Assembly (NCBI GenBank): GCA_018238205.1
Contig: JABCTV010000003.1
Span: forward strand, 323-64,322
Source of the DNA: Candidatus Thorarchaeota archaeon
GTDB lineage: Archaea > Asgardarchaeota > Thorarchaeia > Thorarchaeales > Thorarchaeaceae
DNA length: 64,000 nucleotides
Direction of reading: 5' to 3'
A program made the translations under genes and the position numbers. Shown piece after piece: positions 26,055 to 36,484 of this stretch. The notes beneath the pieces are model-generated. The model searched no databases. It saw only the letters and a list, made by a program, of their open reading frames with translations, and was not told the DNA's origin. Every line of letters begins with the position of its first letter. Position 1 is the stretch's first letter.

Positions 26055-26699
26055 TTACGGATAGCAAAGTTCCCATGTTGGTTGAAAGCTCTGAATTAGG
26101 CTCATAATCTCATTGTAATCATCTTCGCCCATAACGAGTCTTGGACAGATGGCATCGTTGAGGTATACACTGAAGTGAACGTGATCATACTCGGTGGGTC
26201 TGTTGAATCTACCAATCTGGTCTCCTTTGGCCACCCAATCTCCAATTTCCACATCAATCATTGCAGCCTGTTGTGCCCTTATTGCTACATCAGTCGAGAA
26301 CCCTTCAAATCCATATTCGATAGTTATTGTGCTATTGAATCGGATGTGCACTGCAACCTTGTAGACTGTACCATTTGCCACGTAACCAAGCTCGATATCT
26401 TCCACAAGACCAGGAGCCGCAGCGATTACATCGGAGTTATTGAAAAAGAAATAATCGAGACCATTATGTATGAAACCCCATGGGCAGCTATCACTCTCAC
26501 TATATCCATCATTCCACATAACAATGTCTGACTGGTTGGTGTAAATCACGCCCATGTTGTCGAGAACGGTCGAATCATATCTTCCTTCATTATCGAAGGT
26601 ATCTATTAATCCTCCACCATCAAAATCTCCAAAATAAATGACCGCGGCGGCAGCGGCTACAACTAGAATTATTCCAACAATACAAGCCTGTTTTTTCAT
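26055..26699 (-). CDS. membrane-anchored M23/LytM-like peptidase domain protein
   Basis: N-terminal TM helix. The C-terminal segment GDWVAKGDQIGRFNRPTEYDHVHFSVY resembles the M23 HxH region. Confidence 0.5.
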   Translation of the reverse strand: MKKQACIVGIILVVAAAAAVIYFGDFDGGGLIDTFDNEGRYDSTVLDNMGVIYTNQSDIVMWNDGYSESDSCPWGFIHNGLDYFFFNNSDVIAAAPGLVEDIELGYVANGTVYKVAVHIRFNSTITIEYGFEGFSTDVAIRAQQAAMIDVEIGDWVAKGDQIGRFNRPTEYDHVHFSVYLNDAICPRLVMGEDDYNEIMSLIQSFQPTWELCYP

Positions 26700-26831
26700 G
26701 AATAATCATTAATCAAACTGACTCTAAAGATTATCTGATTACCACCAGGATAAGAAAATGCAAAGAAAAAATAGTTCGAATACATAATGCTTTTATCCGA
26801 TTCAGTTGTGCTCCTCGTCTACGGACATATT

Positions 26832-26966
26832 GGGCCCGTGGCATAGACTGGAAAGATTAACTCTGTTGGTCTTAGTCAATTATTGCGCCGCTCTGATAAG
26901 GCGGATGTCCGGAGTTCAAACGGTGCGGGATTTCCCCATCCGGAATTAATCTCCGCGGGCCCACCA
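26832..26966 (+). tRNA. tRNA-Ile(GAU) with two non-canonical introns (D-loop ~26855-26882; T-loop ~26921-26949), CCA encoded
   Basis: Hand-folded. Acceptor GGGCCCG/CGGGCCC. Anticodon arm CCGCT-CTGATAA-GGCGG, giving anticodon GAT. The T stem CGGAG (26910-14) pairs with CTCCG (26951-55), and the loop TTCAAA..T is split by 29 nt. D stem GCAT/TTGC after removing ~28 nt. Confidence 0.8.
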
Positions 26967-27097
26967 CTTCTCATTGCTTCTGTCAAATCACTAAACAGAC
27001 CAACTGATACACTAGAATACTCATTCATCAAAAAACGAAAAGAATAAACGCAAGTATGTGCATATATTAGCATCCTTAAAGGAGGAGAGGCGATTTA

Positions 27098-28153
27098 TTG
27101 AGAAGATTTGCTACATTACTTGTGGCTGTTGTCCTTTTGATAGCTTTTATGCCAACGAATGCTCTTGCATATACTCCAGTGGACGATTCTTTTGTCATAG
27201 ACCTAATAGCTTGTCAAAATATCAATGTAGGACAGGTCACTGTATGGAATGACGGTGACAACTTATACGTTGAATATGAAACAAACGAGGAATGGTGTAT
27301 TATTGAAACCCACCTTGAAGTGGCAACCTCATTAGAAGGGATTGCACAGACGAAGAAGGGAAACCCGAAACCTGGTCAATTTACATACTCCAGCTCGCAT
27401 GAATTATTTACTAGTGAATATACATATACCATACCTTTGGAATGGGAGTATGATACAGAACTATTCATTGCAGCACATGCAGTTGTTGTAAATTCGGACA
27501 ATATCATAACACTTACCACAGACAGTAATCTTGGAGTTGCAACAGTAAGCTATTGTATGCAAGAAACTGCTTGGGGAGATGGATATGACTTCCCGGGTCG
27601 CAATTGGGCCACTTATTTCATATACGAACTACAAGAACTGTATAGGCCATTAAATTTGCCCACTGATCCTATAGGAATCCGTATCTATTCCGGTATTGTT
27701 GGCAGCTACTATGACATGCAATTGTACCAAGTTGGGGATGGATATGATATTGAAGACGGTTATTGGATGGGGTGGACTCCAGACTCCAGGTCCCAATTTC
27801 CAGTTCATGATTGCCTAGCCTTGGCCTACTCTAGCTGTGATCCTAATCTTCCATACTGGTTAATATACGATGAAAACTGGGATTATGTTAACTATCTGTT
27901 GAATAACAAAGACCCAACAGCATCATGGGAGGAAATCCAAGCCGCAATATGGTACTTTACAGAAGTCGATCACGCTAATCTGGGAGAATGCTACTACTGG
28001 TACTTCACCCTAAAATCCCAAGCAATGATTGACGATACTCTGGCTAATGGTGCTGGTTTTCAGCCAAGTCAGGGGCAGGTTGTTGCCGTAATACTCGCAG
28101 TAGTTACACCAGGATTTCCTGAAACAGTTCCTCTAGTGTTCATCGAAGTCTAA
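27098..28153 (+). CDS. hypothetical secreted protein
   Basis: Signal peptide MRRFATLLVAVVLLIAFMPTNALA. Trp/Tyr-rich 351-aa ORF. No family recognised. Confidence 0.5.
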   Translation: MRRFATLLVAVVLLIAFMPTNALAYTPVDDSFVIDLIACQNINVGQVTVWNDGDNLYVEYETNEEWCIIETHLEVATSLEGIAQTKKGNPKPGQFTYSSSHELFTSEYTYTIPLEWEYDTELFIAAHAVVVNSDNIITLTTDSNLGVATVSYCMQETAWGDGYDFPGRNWATYFIYELQELYRPLNLPTDPIGIRIYSGIVGSYYDMQLYQVGDGYDIEDGYWMGWTPDSRSQFPVHDCLALAYSSCDPNLPYWLIYDENWDYVNYLLNNKDPTASWEEIQAAIWYFTEVDHANLGECYYWYFTLKSQAMIDDTLANGAGFQPSQGQVVAVILAVVTPGFPETVPLVFIEV

Positions 28154-28361
28154 TCGTGAATCAACTAAAAGGGGTTTGAAGCAACTAAGTATTGAGCTTG
28201 TGTGAGAAAGCTGAGATCAAACCCCCTGCTACTTTTTCTACATAAATCCAAAATATAGTTGGACTCACAATTGTTTCTCATGGATTCAGTGACTAATGTT
28301 CAGGATTGGACTGTGTTCCTCATACTTTCAATTTATTACTTGTCAAATCTGAGTAATAGCC

Positions 28362-28910
28362 ATGAAATCCCTCATTGCATACTTTACCCAGACTAATAAT
28401 ACCAAAAAAATAGCTGAGGCAATTTTTGAGGTTTTATCTGCTCATGATGAAACAAACATCAGCACAATCAGGAAAGTGGATATTGAGTCCTTAGATGAGT
28501 ATGATTTGTTATTTGTAGGTACTCCATGCCATGATAGCGATTTAGCACCTCCAGTGAAAGGATTTCTTGAGAATCTACCGGATTCACCCAAATTCAAACT
28601 GGCTGGATTCTTTACTCACTCAACTTTTATGCCTGATGATACTGAACGAAATAGAGAACTCTATGACCAATGGGCAGGACTGTGCACTCCAACTTTTGAA
28701 AACGCATGCAAAAACAAGAAAATTGAATTTCTGGGTTATTTCAATTGTCGTGGAAAAGCTAATCCGGGTATTGAAGCCTTCATCAGACAAGTAGTAATCA
28801 CCGATGATGATGAATGGAACGAATATCTACCGGAACTTCGAAAACACCCAGATTCGAATGATATTGAGGATGCAAAGGTGTTTGCACAGGAAATTCTTGA
28901 CAAACTTTAG
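28362..28910 (+). CDS. flavodoxin-family protein
   Basis: N-terminus MKSLIAYFTQTNNTKKIAEAI, the FMN phosphate-binding loop type, and the segment LLFVGTPCHD. Confidence 0.7.
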   Translation: MKSLIAYFTQTNNTKKIAEAIFEVLSAHDETNISTIRKVDIESLDEYDLLFVGTPCHDSDLAPPVKGFLENLPDSPKFKLAGFFTHSTFMPDDTERNRELYDQWAGLCTPTFENACKNKKIEFLGYFNCRGKANPGIEAFIRQVVITDDDEWNEYLPELRKHPDSNDIEDAKVFAQEILDKL

Positions 28911-28961
28911 CATCAACTCCAATTTCATAGGTCCATCATTAATTATTGAGTTGACAGCCTC

Positions 28962-29282
28962 ATGATGACTGATTTCCACAAGTCTAGGACTTTAAATCTG
29001 AAAGAAAATACTCTGATTTGGGTCTTGCTTATGAGTCCGGTACTACTACAATCACCTCTTCAGAATTTTGCACAGCTTGTTGGTGGATATTTTATTGAAA
29101 TCTGGAGCTTTCTGATTTTTCTAGGTCAGGTTTCAGGAGTCATTATTGTACTCATAGGAGCGATTCTCTGGTTCACTGAAACCAATCAGAGCAGGGGAAA
29201 AGGTCTTGTCTTTGGTGGGGTCGTGTTATCTATAATCATAGAGTATTTTGTCCTTTTTCCACCAGGTTTTGTAGTAATATGA
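28962..29282 (+). CDS. hypothetical small membrane protein
   Basis: 106 aa with 3 hydrophobic helices. Confidence 0.35.
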   Translation: MMTDFHKSRTLNLKENTLIWVLLMSPVLLQSPLQNFAQLVGGYFIEIWSFLIFLGQVSGVIIVLIGAILWFTETNQSRGKGLVFGGVVLSIIIEYFVLFPPGFVVI

Positions 29283-29296
29283 CTGATGCAATAAGA

Positions 29297-29485
29297 TTAG
29301 ACCCTTAGAGCGTTTCTAACCTCTTTTTGAAGTGCTTCAATTGAATCTGGCGCATTACAAACACCGAATTGGTCATGATAGTCTCTATATTCATCAGAAT
29401 CAAGCATCTTCAGAACTCTATCTATTGCTTCAAGCTGATCCCGAGTGAAATGTTGAATTACAGAAGTAAGAGTAGTGTCTGTCAT
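29297..29485 (-). CDS. hypothetical small acidic protein
   Basis: 62-aa ORF with an ATG start. No motif recognised. Confidence 0.3.
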   Translation of the reverse strand: MTDTTLTSVIQHFTRDQLEAIDRVLKMLDSDEYRDYHDQFGVCNAPDSIEALQKEVRNALRV

Positions 29486-29708
29486 AGTATCAAGTGTGAA
29501 AATTGGAATATATTCTCGTAATTTTTCTAGGTGCTTATTAAGCCTGAATAGAACAATATTCTGAAAGGCGCCACGAATCCAATACTGTTCCTTAATGAAC
29601 GGTCCCTTATTTGACTTCTAATGTCTGTCTTGTCCGCATCCCGGCGGGTGGCGTCTCTCTTCATTCACACAATGTGACTTTCTTCAATATCGAATTCTTG
29701 CTGTAATG

Positions 29709-30821
29709 TTAGAGATCATCAATAAGCTCTTGTCCTTCGATATTTTCTTGAACTTCTCTACTTTCATGTGAAGGTGTCTTCCCTCTCAACTTTGAAGAGA
29801 TTCTGGTTCTAAATGGAACTCTAATCATATTCTCAGTATCGGAAACTGGTAGACGTACATACTTCATTACAAAAATTATGAATATCTGAAAGATGGGTAA
29901 TGGAATATACACATGCGGAGAAACACCCATAATCACAATGCTGGGAATCGCATAGACCAGAAAAGAAAGGGTCATGAGAATGTAGACTCTTCTCTTTGTA
30001 GCTTCTCCTTTGACGAAGTTTAAAGCCGTGATTCCAGTCCACATATTAAGAGTCCACACCAGTAGATCACTCATTGTTATACAGCCTGCGGTGATAAGAT
30101 AGAAATCCGACCAGAAAGTTGGATAGTATCCTCTTCCGATGATGGAAAAATATTCATGCTGTATGTTATAGAGCCCACCTGCTAAAGTGAACACGTATGT
30201 GACATGAGATTCAATAATAGTGATATTAATCACAGTGATAATTGCAGGCATGATAGCCAATGCAACCCATACTGCTGTTGCAGCATTGAGAGGAATTACA
30301 CGGACTATGTTGTTTCTCAATCTCGTCATGACGCCTTCTTTTTCTTCTCTTTCGTTTCTCGTGACATGAGTTGAGGACCATGTTTTCTGAAGAAGTGGCC
30401 AGAAGACGAAGATGAATATTGATAGGGAAATAACATTCGGAACGACATTATATGCCCTCCAACTTAGTGGGACGAAGTAGAATTGTGGTGTGAATAGATA
30501 GGTTGCAATACATGAAATGGAAACCGCCCCTAATGCTGACAGAATGCATCGTCTGTCAACTTGCTTCTGCCGATAAACATATGCGAATATTATGAGCGGT
30601 GTAATAAATAGCAATGCGATTAAGAGCTGGTATGGTTGCCAAAATTGATATACAACAGGCGGAGTAAAAATCTGTAGTGGCCAATGCCCCCAAATTCCTG
30701 TTATGAAATTGATTGAAGTAGTTCTTGTGGAGATGTTAACTAGGTAATAAGGAATGATTAGAACTATCATAATTTTGATTAAAAAAGGGAAGTACTTTCT
30801 AGCTACATCCATGAAGTTCAC
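29709..30821 (-). CDS. hypothetical polytopic membrane protein
   Basis: About 9 hydrophobic helices with an acidic C-terminal tail. The likely start is MDVARKY at nt 30812. Confidence 0.5.
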   Translation of the reverse strand: MNFMDVARKYFPFLIKIMIVLIIPYYLVNISTRTTSINFITGIWGHWPLQIFTPPVVYQFWQPYQLLIALLFITPLIIFAYVYRQKQVDRRCILSALGAVSISCIATYLFTPQFYFVPLSWRAYNVVPNVISLSIFIFVFWPLLQKTWSSTHVTRNEREEKEGVMTRLRNNIVRVIPLNAATAVWVALAIMPAIITVINITIIESHVTYVFTLAGGLYNIQHEYFSIIGRGYYPTFWSDFYLITAGCITMSDLLVWTLNMWTGITALNFVKGEATKRRVYILMTLSFLVYAIPSIVIMGVSPHVYIPLPIFQIFIIFVMKYVRLPVSDTENMIRVPFRTRISSKLRGKTPSHESREVQENIEGQELIDDL

Positions 30822-31000
30822 CCAAAATCATAAATCTTTCTTAACCAAATAAGTATACTGTCACAAATTCTGTTAGTCAATGATTTTTCTTCTTCCCCGC
30901 CTAGCAATTGCCATACGCTATGTATTACATAAGCACTCAAGCCCAGACAATCACGCTTTAATGCAGCATCAACTTTTCCTCTCGATAGAGGAGATATCTC

Positions 31001-31822
31001 TTGACCGCTACCCAAATACCAATTGTGAAGAGTATTGACGAAATTGATGATGTAATGGCCCGCGAACGTCTTGAAGAACTTGTGAAAGAGCCTCACGTCC
31101 TTGGCGTAATGATATGGGGCAGTAGAGCAACAGGTTTTGGTACTCCAACAACTGATTGGGATGCGTTAATCTACGTCACTGAGGAGTATTACGATAATCT
31201 TGAACTCAAAGATACGATTTGGTTAGAATTCGATGAATCAGTTGAGCCCAAAAAATTAGTGATTGACTTCTCTCCAGTTTCTGATGCCTGGTTTAGGCAG
31301 CAGATTGATTCACCTCTGGATATGGACCACTTTCCTTATGCTGAAGGTGTTGTAATTCATGATCCTTCAGGAAAATTGGAAGAATGGCGTCAAAAACTTG
31401 CTAGATATCCTGAAGAAGAACATCTTGACAGGCTCAAAAACAAGTATGTTACATTACTTGGAGCTCTATATTATGCAGACATCAACAACCAACGCGGTTT
31501 CACGTACGATTCCAAATTGAACGCTTTCAGGACTGTCGTTGCTGCTGCTAACCTCTGGTTTTCCATACAGAAACAATGGACTCCACCTCTGAAGTGGTGG
31601 ACACCTCATGTGAAGAGTATGGGTATGTCTGATGAAACCTACAAATTATTCTGCAATGCTCTGGATGATCCTAAAATCGAAGTACTCCTAGAGTTATTCA
31701 AGAAGCTCAAGCAGGAACTTCTAGACCAGGGATTCGAATTTCCAAACGATACCATGTCAACGTTTCTCGAAACAATTCATGTGAAAGGTCGTCCCGCTCA
31801 GATACGTCATACATACATCTGA
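31001..31822 (+). CDS. nucleotidyltransferase-domain protein (Pol-beta superfamily)
   Basis: The segment VLGVMIWGSRATGFGTPTTDWDALIYV gives the GS-x(n)-DxD NTase signature. A helical C-terminal domain follows. The start is uncertain: TTG at 31001 or ATG at 31055. Confidence 0.6.
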   Translation: MTATQIPIVKSIDEIDDVMARERLEELVKEPHVLGVMIWGSRATGFGTPTTDWDALIYVTEEYYDNLELKDTIWLEFDESVEPKKLVIDFSPVSDAWFRQQIDSPLDMDHFPYAEGVVIHDPSGKLEEWRQKLARYPEEEHLDRLKNKYVTLLGALYYADINNQRGFTYDSKLNAFRTVVAAANLWFSIQKQWTPPLKWWTPHVKSMGMSDETYKLFCNALDDPKIEVLLELFKKLKQELLDQGFEFPNDTMSTFLETIHVKGRPAQIRHTYI

Positions 31823-31828
31823 GTTATT

Positions 31829-33037
31829 TCATCGCTCGATTACTATCTTGCCTTTCAGAAAGACTCTCTTGATATTCTCCTTATCTTGGAGTATAGTAAT
31901 ATCTTCAAGGGGGTTCTTTCCTAGCGCTAGAACGAGAAGATCTGCAGATTTTCCAACCTCAATAGTTCCCACTTTATCATCTATACTGAGTGACCATGCT
32001 GCGTTCTTGGTCCCCGCAATGATTGCAATCATTTCAGATGCTCCACCTAACCTGACCATCAATTCCATCTCTTCTGAAGTCGATTTACCATAGTACGTGT
32101 AGGGCATTCCTGAATCGGTCCCGACAACCAGTTCTATACCTGCCTTGACTGCATTTCTAACACCTTCTTCAATGAGTGGGAATATCTCCTTCTCCTTTCT
32201 AACCATATACTCTGGAAGGTCACCATCATTATGGTGAAGCTGTGATTCATAATAGGTCACGATTGTGGGCATGTACATCGTCTTGTGTTTCTTCATCAAC
32301 TCGATATTCTCTTGGCTCAATGGATGTCCGTGTACTAATACATCTACTCCAGCTAGAATCGTGTTTTTGATTCCTACATCGCCGTAAGCATGTGCATGTG
32401 ATTTCAATTGGACCTTGCGGGCTTCATTTGCAGCAGCTTGCAGCTCATCTATATCAAACTGCGAATTGAAGCTCTCTGTGTTCGGTGATGATATTGCACC
32501 AGTCGCAGCAAGCTTGATGTAACTCGCGCCACGACCGATTTCTTCTCTAACAGCACGACGAACATCATCAGGGCCATCTGCTTGATTTGCCCCACCAAAG
32601 TTTCTACCTCCACTGATAGTAATCATTTTTCCACAAGGAAGAAAGCGTGGGCCATTGATAAGCCCCTTCTCAATAGCTTCTTTCACTGCAAATGGAACAT
32701 TCCCTCTTCCTGCAGCATCTCCTACTGTTGTAACCCCGTACTCAAGCAAGATTTCTACTAGTTGAACACCCCGTATAGCGAGTAGCTCATCTGAGAAAAG
32801 TTTCACTTCTTCAGGATTCGTACCGCCATCAAAACATACATGGACATGCGGATCAATGATTCCCGGCATCACGACTCGATCTGAAAAGTCCAATACTTCA
32901 GTATCTGGGGGTGTAGTAAGATCTTGCCCAATCTCCGATATTTTCTCTCCTTGAATAAAAATTGATACATTTTCAAGGGTCTTTCCATCACCGACAATAA
33001 GTTTTCCAGCTTTCAGTAGAAGATTGCTCATACTCAA
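31829..33037 (-). CDS. metal-dependent amidohydrolase (imidazolonepropionase/prolidase-related family)
   Basis: GIIDPHVHV (HxH), a later HAHAYG, HGH and a distal GTDSG motif. 402 aa. Confidence 0.8.
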   Translation of the reverse strand: MSMSNLLLKAGKLIVGDGKTLENVSIFIQGEKISEIGQDLTTPPDTEVLDFSDRVVMPGIIDPHVHVCFDGGTNPEEVKLFSDELLAIRGVQLVEILLEYGVTTVGDAAGRGNVPFAVKEAIEKGLINGPRFLPCGKMITISGGRNFGGANQADGPDDVRRAVREEIGRGASYIKLAATGAISSPNTESFNSQFDIDELQAAANEARKVQLKSHAHAYGDVGIKNTILAGVDVLVHGHPLSQENIELMKKHKTMYMPTIVTYYESQLHHNDGDLPEYMVRKEKEIFPLIEEGVRNAVKAGIELVVGTDSGMPYTYYGKSTSEEMELMVRLGGASEMIAIIAGTKNAAWSLSIDDKVGTIEVGKSADLLVLALGKNPLEDITILQDKENIKRVFLKGKIVIER

Positions 33038-33103
33038 CCTCTCTAAATTATTAATTCCCTAAACCTACCTTTGAGTGTAGCGGCTGAAGCAAATGTATCC
33101 AAT

Positions 33104-35137
33104 CTACAGTTTGAGACGAAAGACATATTCCTCATCTTGGATTGATAGTTTACTCTCAACAACTCTATCAGTTCTGTGAATAAACCGAATCATTGGTTGA
33201 TTCTGTGGGTGCACATATGCAATGAATGCATCTACTCCCTTACTCTTTGCAATTCTCATAAGATGATTCAAGAGGTATGTACCAATACCGCGACCTTGAA
33301 AATCATCACGAACGGTCAGTGCAAACTCAGCTTCATTTGTACTTCTGTTTAGCAGGTATCTCCCCGCACCAATGATTGTTTCAGTTTCTCCTTCTTCATC
33401 AGATTTGATTACCGCAACCACGCTAATGTCACGTGACTGATCCACATTATAGAAGTCTTGGAGTGTTTGTCTTCGAAGGCTCTTGAGCGGAGTTAGGAAT
33501 CTAAAGTAGATACTCTCTTCGCTGAGGTCATAGAACAATTCCTTGATACGGTCAGAGTCATCTGGGCGAATCAATCTGAAATACACGTCAATTTGGCCGT
33601 CTGGCCCTTTGAATCTCTCAGTCATCTCATATTCTGAAGCAAAATACGTACCTTGTACTAGGAATGGTACTTGATCTTCGAAAACGTAGTGCATTGATTT
33701 TGCAGCTTCTAGAAGATCATTTCTGAATGCTGGATGTGCAATTGCAATAAGTGAGAGTACACGTTCTCTGATAGTCTTTCCAGCTAAGTTTGCGAGACCG
33801 TATTCTGTGATTACAACATCAACATCTCCTCGAGTTGTAACTACTCCTGCCCCCTCACTAAGCCGTGGTACTATTCTAGATACAGACTCATCTACCGCAG
33901 TTGAAAGAAGACAGATTATTGCTTTGCCTCCTGGAGACCTCTTTGCACCTCGAATGAAATCAACTTGTCCCCCAATTCCACTATAGAATCTATGACCAAT
34001 AGAATCTGCACAAACCTGTCCTGTTAGGTCAACTTCTAGAGCTGAATTGATTGCTATCATCTTCCTGTTCTGGCCTATGACATAGGGATCATTCACGTAT
34101 GCTGTATCATGAAATTGAAACATGGGATTATCATTGATATGCTCATAGAGTTTTTCTGAACCCATAGCAAAGCTTGCGATTACTTTGTCCTTGTGGAGTG
34201 TTTTCTTCTTATTCGTCACAACTCCCTTGTCAATGAGTGGAATTAGACTATCACTAAACATCTCAGTATGAATACCGAGGTCTCTAACTCCAGTTTCAAG
34301 TAGATTGTTACAAACAGATTGAGGTAAGGCGCCTATACCTAACTCTAAGGTAGACTCGTTTTCAACCAATCTTGCAACATAGCTACCAATTTTATCAATG
34401 GTTTCAGTGACCTCGGCACCTTGAAATTCGCGTAGAGGTTCATTATAGGGTACAAGGTAGTCAATCTCCCTTATGTCAATGAACGAGTCGCCATGTGTTA
34501 CTGGCATCTTACTATTGACCTGAGCAATGATGGTATCTGCACTCTCAAAAGCTGACTTGGTAATATCCACTGAGATACCAAGCGAACAGTAGCCATACCT
34601 GTCTGGTGGACTGACCTGAATCATTGCAACATCCAGTGGCATCCTCTTTTGCCTGAACAACTCTGGAATATCTGAAAGCATGATAGGTGTATAATCTGCA
34701 CGTCCTTCTGAAACAGCATCTCGAATATTAGCACTAACGAAGAAAGTGTTGTGCCTGAACTGGTTCTGGAATTTTGGATTCGCTGATGGTGTATCACCAA
34801 GAGTCAGAAGGTGAACAATCTCATTATCTGCCATCTGGTCTGCATTAGCAGCTAATTCTTGAACAAGATGATACGGTACACCACAACCAGTTCCCAAGAA
34901 GATTCTTGAACCTCGTGAAATCTTCTTGATGGCCTTTGATGCAGTTAGAATCTTCTTCTTGTATTTTTTAGTCCAATCAGCTGCAGCAGTCATAGCCGTT
35001 ACCTCTGTGGATGAGTTCTTCGCTCTGTTATATAGGCGTTTCCAAGGGGTACAAGTGTAAATGACAAAATCACCACATCGAAGAAGTCGGAAAGCTTTTA
35101 GTAGAGGACATCTCGCCAGCGATATAATACCTGACAA
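33104..35137 (-). CDS. acetyl-CoA hydrolase/CoA-transferase family domain fused to a C-terminal Pat-type GNAT acetyltransferase domain
   Basis: The N-terminal ~470 aa resemble the 4-hydroxybutyrate/acetyl-CoA transferase family (IFLGTGCGVPYHLVQELA, GIGALPQSV, MIAINSALEVDLTGQV, GIGGQVDF). The last ~159 aa (nt 33107-33583), IRPDDSDRIKELFYDLSEESIYFRFL...FQGRGIGTYLLNHL, are GNAT with the Pat-like YFRF motif. The likely start is MTAAADW. Confidence 0.8.
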   Translation of the reverse strand: MSGIISLARCPLLKAFRLLRCGDFVIYTCTPWKRLYNRAKNSSTEVTAMTAAADWTKKYKKKILTASKAIKKISRGSRIFLGTGCGVPYHLVQELAANADQMADNEIVHLLTLGDTPSANPKFQNQFRHNTFFVSANIRDAVSEGRADYTPIMLSDIPELFRQKRMPLDVAMIQVSPPDRYGYCSLGISVDITKSAFESADTIIAQVNSKMPVTHGDSFIDIREIDYLVPYNEPLREFQGAEVTETIDKIGSYVARLVENESTLELGIGALPQSVCNNLLETGVRDLGIHTEMFSDSLIPLIDKGVVTNKKKTLHKDKVIASFAMGSEKLYEHINDNPMFQFHDTAYVNDPYVIGQNRKMIAINSALEVDLTGQVCADSIGHRFYSGIGGQVDFIRGAKRSPGGKAIICLLSTAVDESVSRIVPRLSEGAGVVTTRGDVDVVITEYGLANLAGKTIRERVLSLIAIAHPAFRNDLLEAAKSMHYVFEDQVPFLVQGTYFASEYEMTERFKGPDGQIDVYFRLIRPDDSDRIKELFYDLSEESIYFRFLTPLKSLRRQTLQDFYNVDQSRDISVVAVIKSDEEGETETIIGAGRYLLNRSTNEAEFALTVRDDFQGRGIGTYLLNHLMRIAKSKGVDAFIAYVHPQNQPMIRFIHRTDRVVESKLSIQDEEYVFRLKL

Positions 35138-35145
35138 TCTGATAG

Positions 35146-36429
35146 GTGTGTACTATCATGTCTGATGAAAAAATTGGTAATAGGAACCTTGTCATTCTCG
35201 GCGCGCTTATTGTTCAGCTGTGCTTGGGTTCAATCTACGCTTGGTCCTTCTTTCAGACTGCTCTGAGAGACGCTACTGGTGCGTACATTTGGCCCTCACT
35301 TTATACACAGCTTCCATTTGCAGCTGGTTTGGCATCGTTTGCTCTCTTTATGATCTTTGCAGGAAGATGGCAAGATCGTGTTGGTCCCAGAAAGGTCGCT
35401 ACTGTTGGTGGTATCCTTCTGGGAATTGGATATATCTCAGCATACTTTGTTGATATGGTCACAGGCGGCGATGCATTTCTTGGTACAGTATACCTTGTCA
35501 TTACCTATGGTATAATTGGTGGTGCAGGTATTGGTTTTGCTTATGTCTGTCCAATTGCAGCTTTAGTAAAGTGGTTCCCTGACAAAAAGGGTACAATCAC
35601 AGGTATTGCTGTTGCTGGTTTTGGTGCAGGTGCCCTTGTATTTGGTTACCTAGAACAATATCTCTTGACGCTTTACAATGTACCATCCACACTCAACATT
35701 GGCATGCCTATGTTGGTACTTGGTGTTATCTATCTCGTTCTAGTTATACTAGGTGCTCAGGTACTAACCAATCCTCCTGAAGGCTGGTTACCTGCCGGTT
35801 ATACTCCCCCAACTACCACAGCTGATGGTAAGGGTGAGGATATTATGCCTGGTTCGATGATTAGAACCTCAACTTTCTGGCTACTCTGGCTGATGTTTGT
35901 ATTTGCTGCAACTGCTGGTCTTATGACCCTCGGTAACGTAAAAACTGCTGCTCTATTGATTGATCCTGCTGCTGATGCAGTAATACTTGTAGGGGTCATG
36001 AGCTTGCTCAATGCTGCTGGTAGAATCGTCTGGGGCGCAACTTCTGATAAGATAGGTCGCGAGAACACAATGATTCTCATGTTCATCACTCTAGCTATTG
36101 GAATGTTTGCTTTCGCCTGGATGTCAACCATTGCTATCTCTTGGTATGCAGTAATGGCTATTGCTTCATTGATTGGCTTCTGTTTTGGTGGTAACTTTGC
36201 ATTGTTCCCATCAGCTACAGCAGACTTCTTTGGCACCAAGAACGTCGGTAAGAACTATGGTGTAATGTTCACTGCATATGGTATCGCTGGAATCACCGGC
36301 GCATTTGTTGCTGGTCCTATTGTAGATGCCACTGGGTCATACTTCATGGCCTTTGTCGTGACTGGTGTACTAGCAATTATTGCTGTACTATTCACATTTG
36401 TTCTGAAGTCCAAGCGTAAGAACGCATAA
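35146..36429 (+). CDS. MFS transporter, oxalate/formate antiporter (OFA) family-like
   Basis: 12 TM helices. The N-terminus LVILGALIVQLCLGSIYAWSFF and the segment GRWQDRVGPRKV are typical of the OFA family. Confidence 0.75.
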   Translation: MCTIMSDEKIGNRNLVILGALIVQLCLGSIYAWSFFQTALRDATGAYIWPSLYTQLPFAAGLASFALFMIFAGRWQDRVGPRKVATVGGILLGIGYISAYFVDMVTGGDAFLGTVYLVITYGIIGGAGIGFAYVCPIAALVKWFPDKKGTITGIAVAGFGAGALVFGYLEQYLLTLYNVPSTLNIGMPMLVLGVIYLVLVILGAQVLTNPPEGWLPAGYTPPTTTADGKGEDIMPGSMIRTSTFWLLWLMFVFAATAGLMTLGNVKTAALLIDPAADAVILVGVMSLLNAAGRIVWGATSDKIGRENTMILMFITLAIGMFAFAWMSTIAISWYAVMAIASLIGFCFGGNFALFPSATADFFGTKNVGKNYGVMFTAYGIAGITGAFVAGPIVDATGSYFMAFVVTGVLAIIAVLFTFVLKSKRKNA

Positions 36430-36443
36430 TCTGTTTGATGAGA

Positions 36444-36484
36444 GGTCGAGGATTTTTCCTCGGCCTCCCCTCTCTTATTTTTTT
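36444..36484 (+). terminator. stem-loop plus T-tract after the OFA transporter gene
   Basis: GGTCGAGG-ATTTTT-CCTCGGCC forms 8 bp with one G-U pair. It is followed by CCCTCTCTTATTTTTTT. Confidence 0.45.

Noticed and set aside
26876-27073. 65-aa minus-strand ORF
   Set aside because: It overlaps tRNA-Ile and its promoter-distal flank, has no coding signature, and is explained by the tRNA gene.
29631-29645. 12-nt identity (TCTTGTCCGCAT) between this intergenic region and the tRNA-Pro intron (19009-19020)
   Set aside because: A single 12-mer match is expected by chance many times in 64 kb on two strands, and there is no extended similarity around it.
30818-31096. 92-aa minus-strand ORF abutting the 29709..30821 membrane-protein gene
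   Set aside because: It overlaps the 5' region of the oppositely oriented nucleotidyltransferase gene and has no motif. The apparent 4-nt coupling depends on a doubtful GTG start. I left it unannotated.
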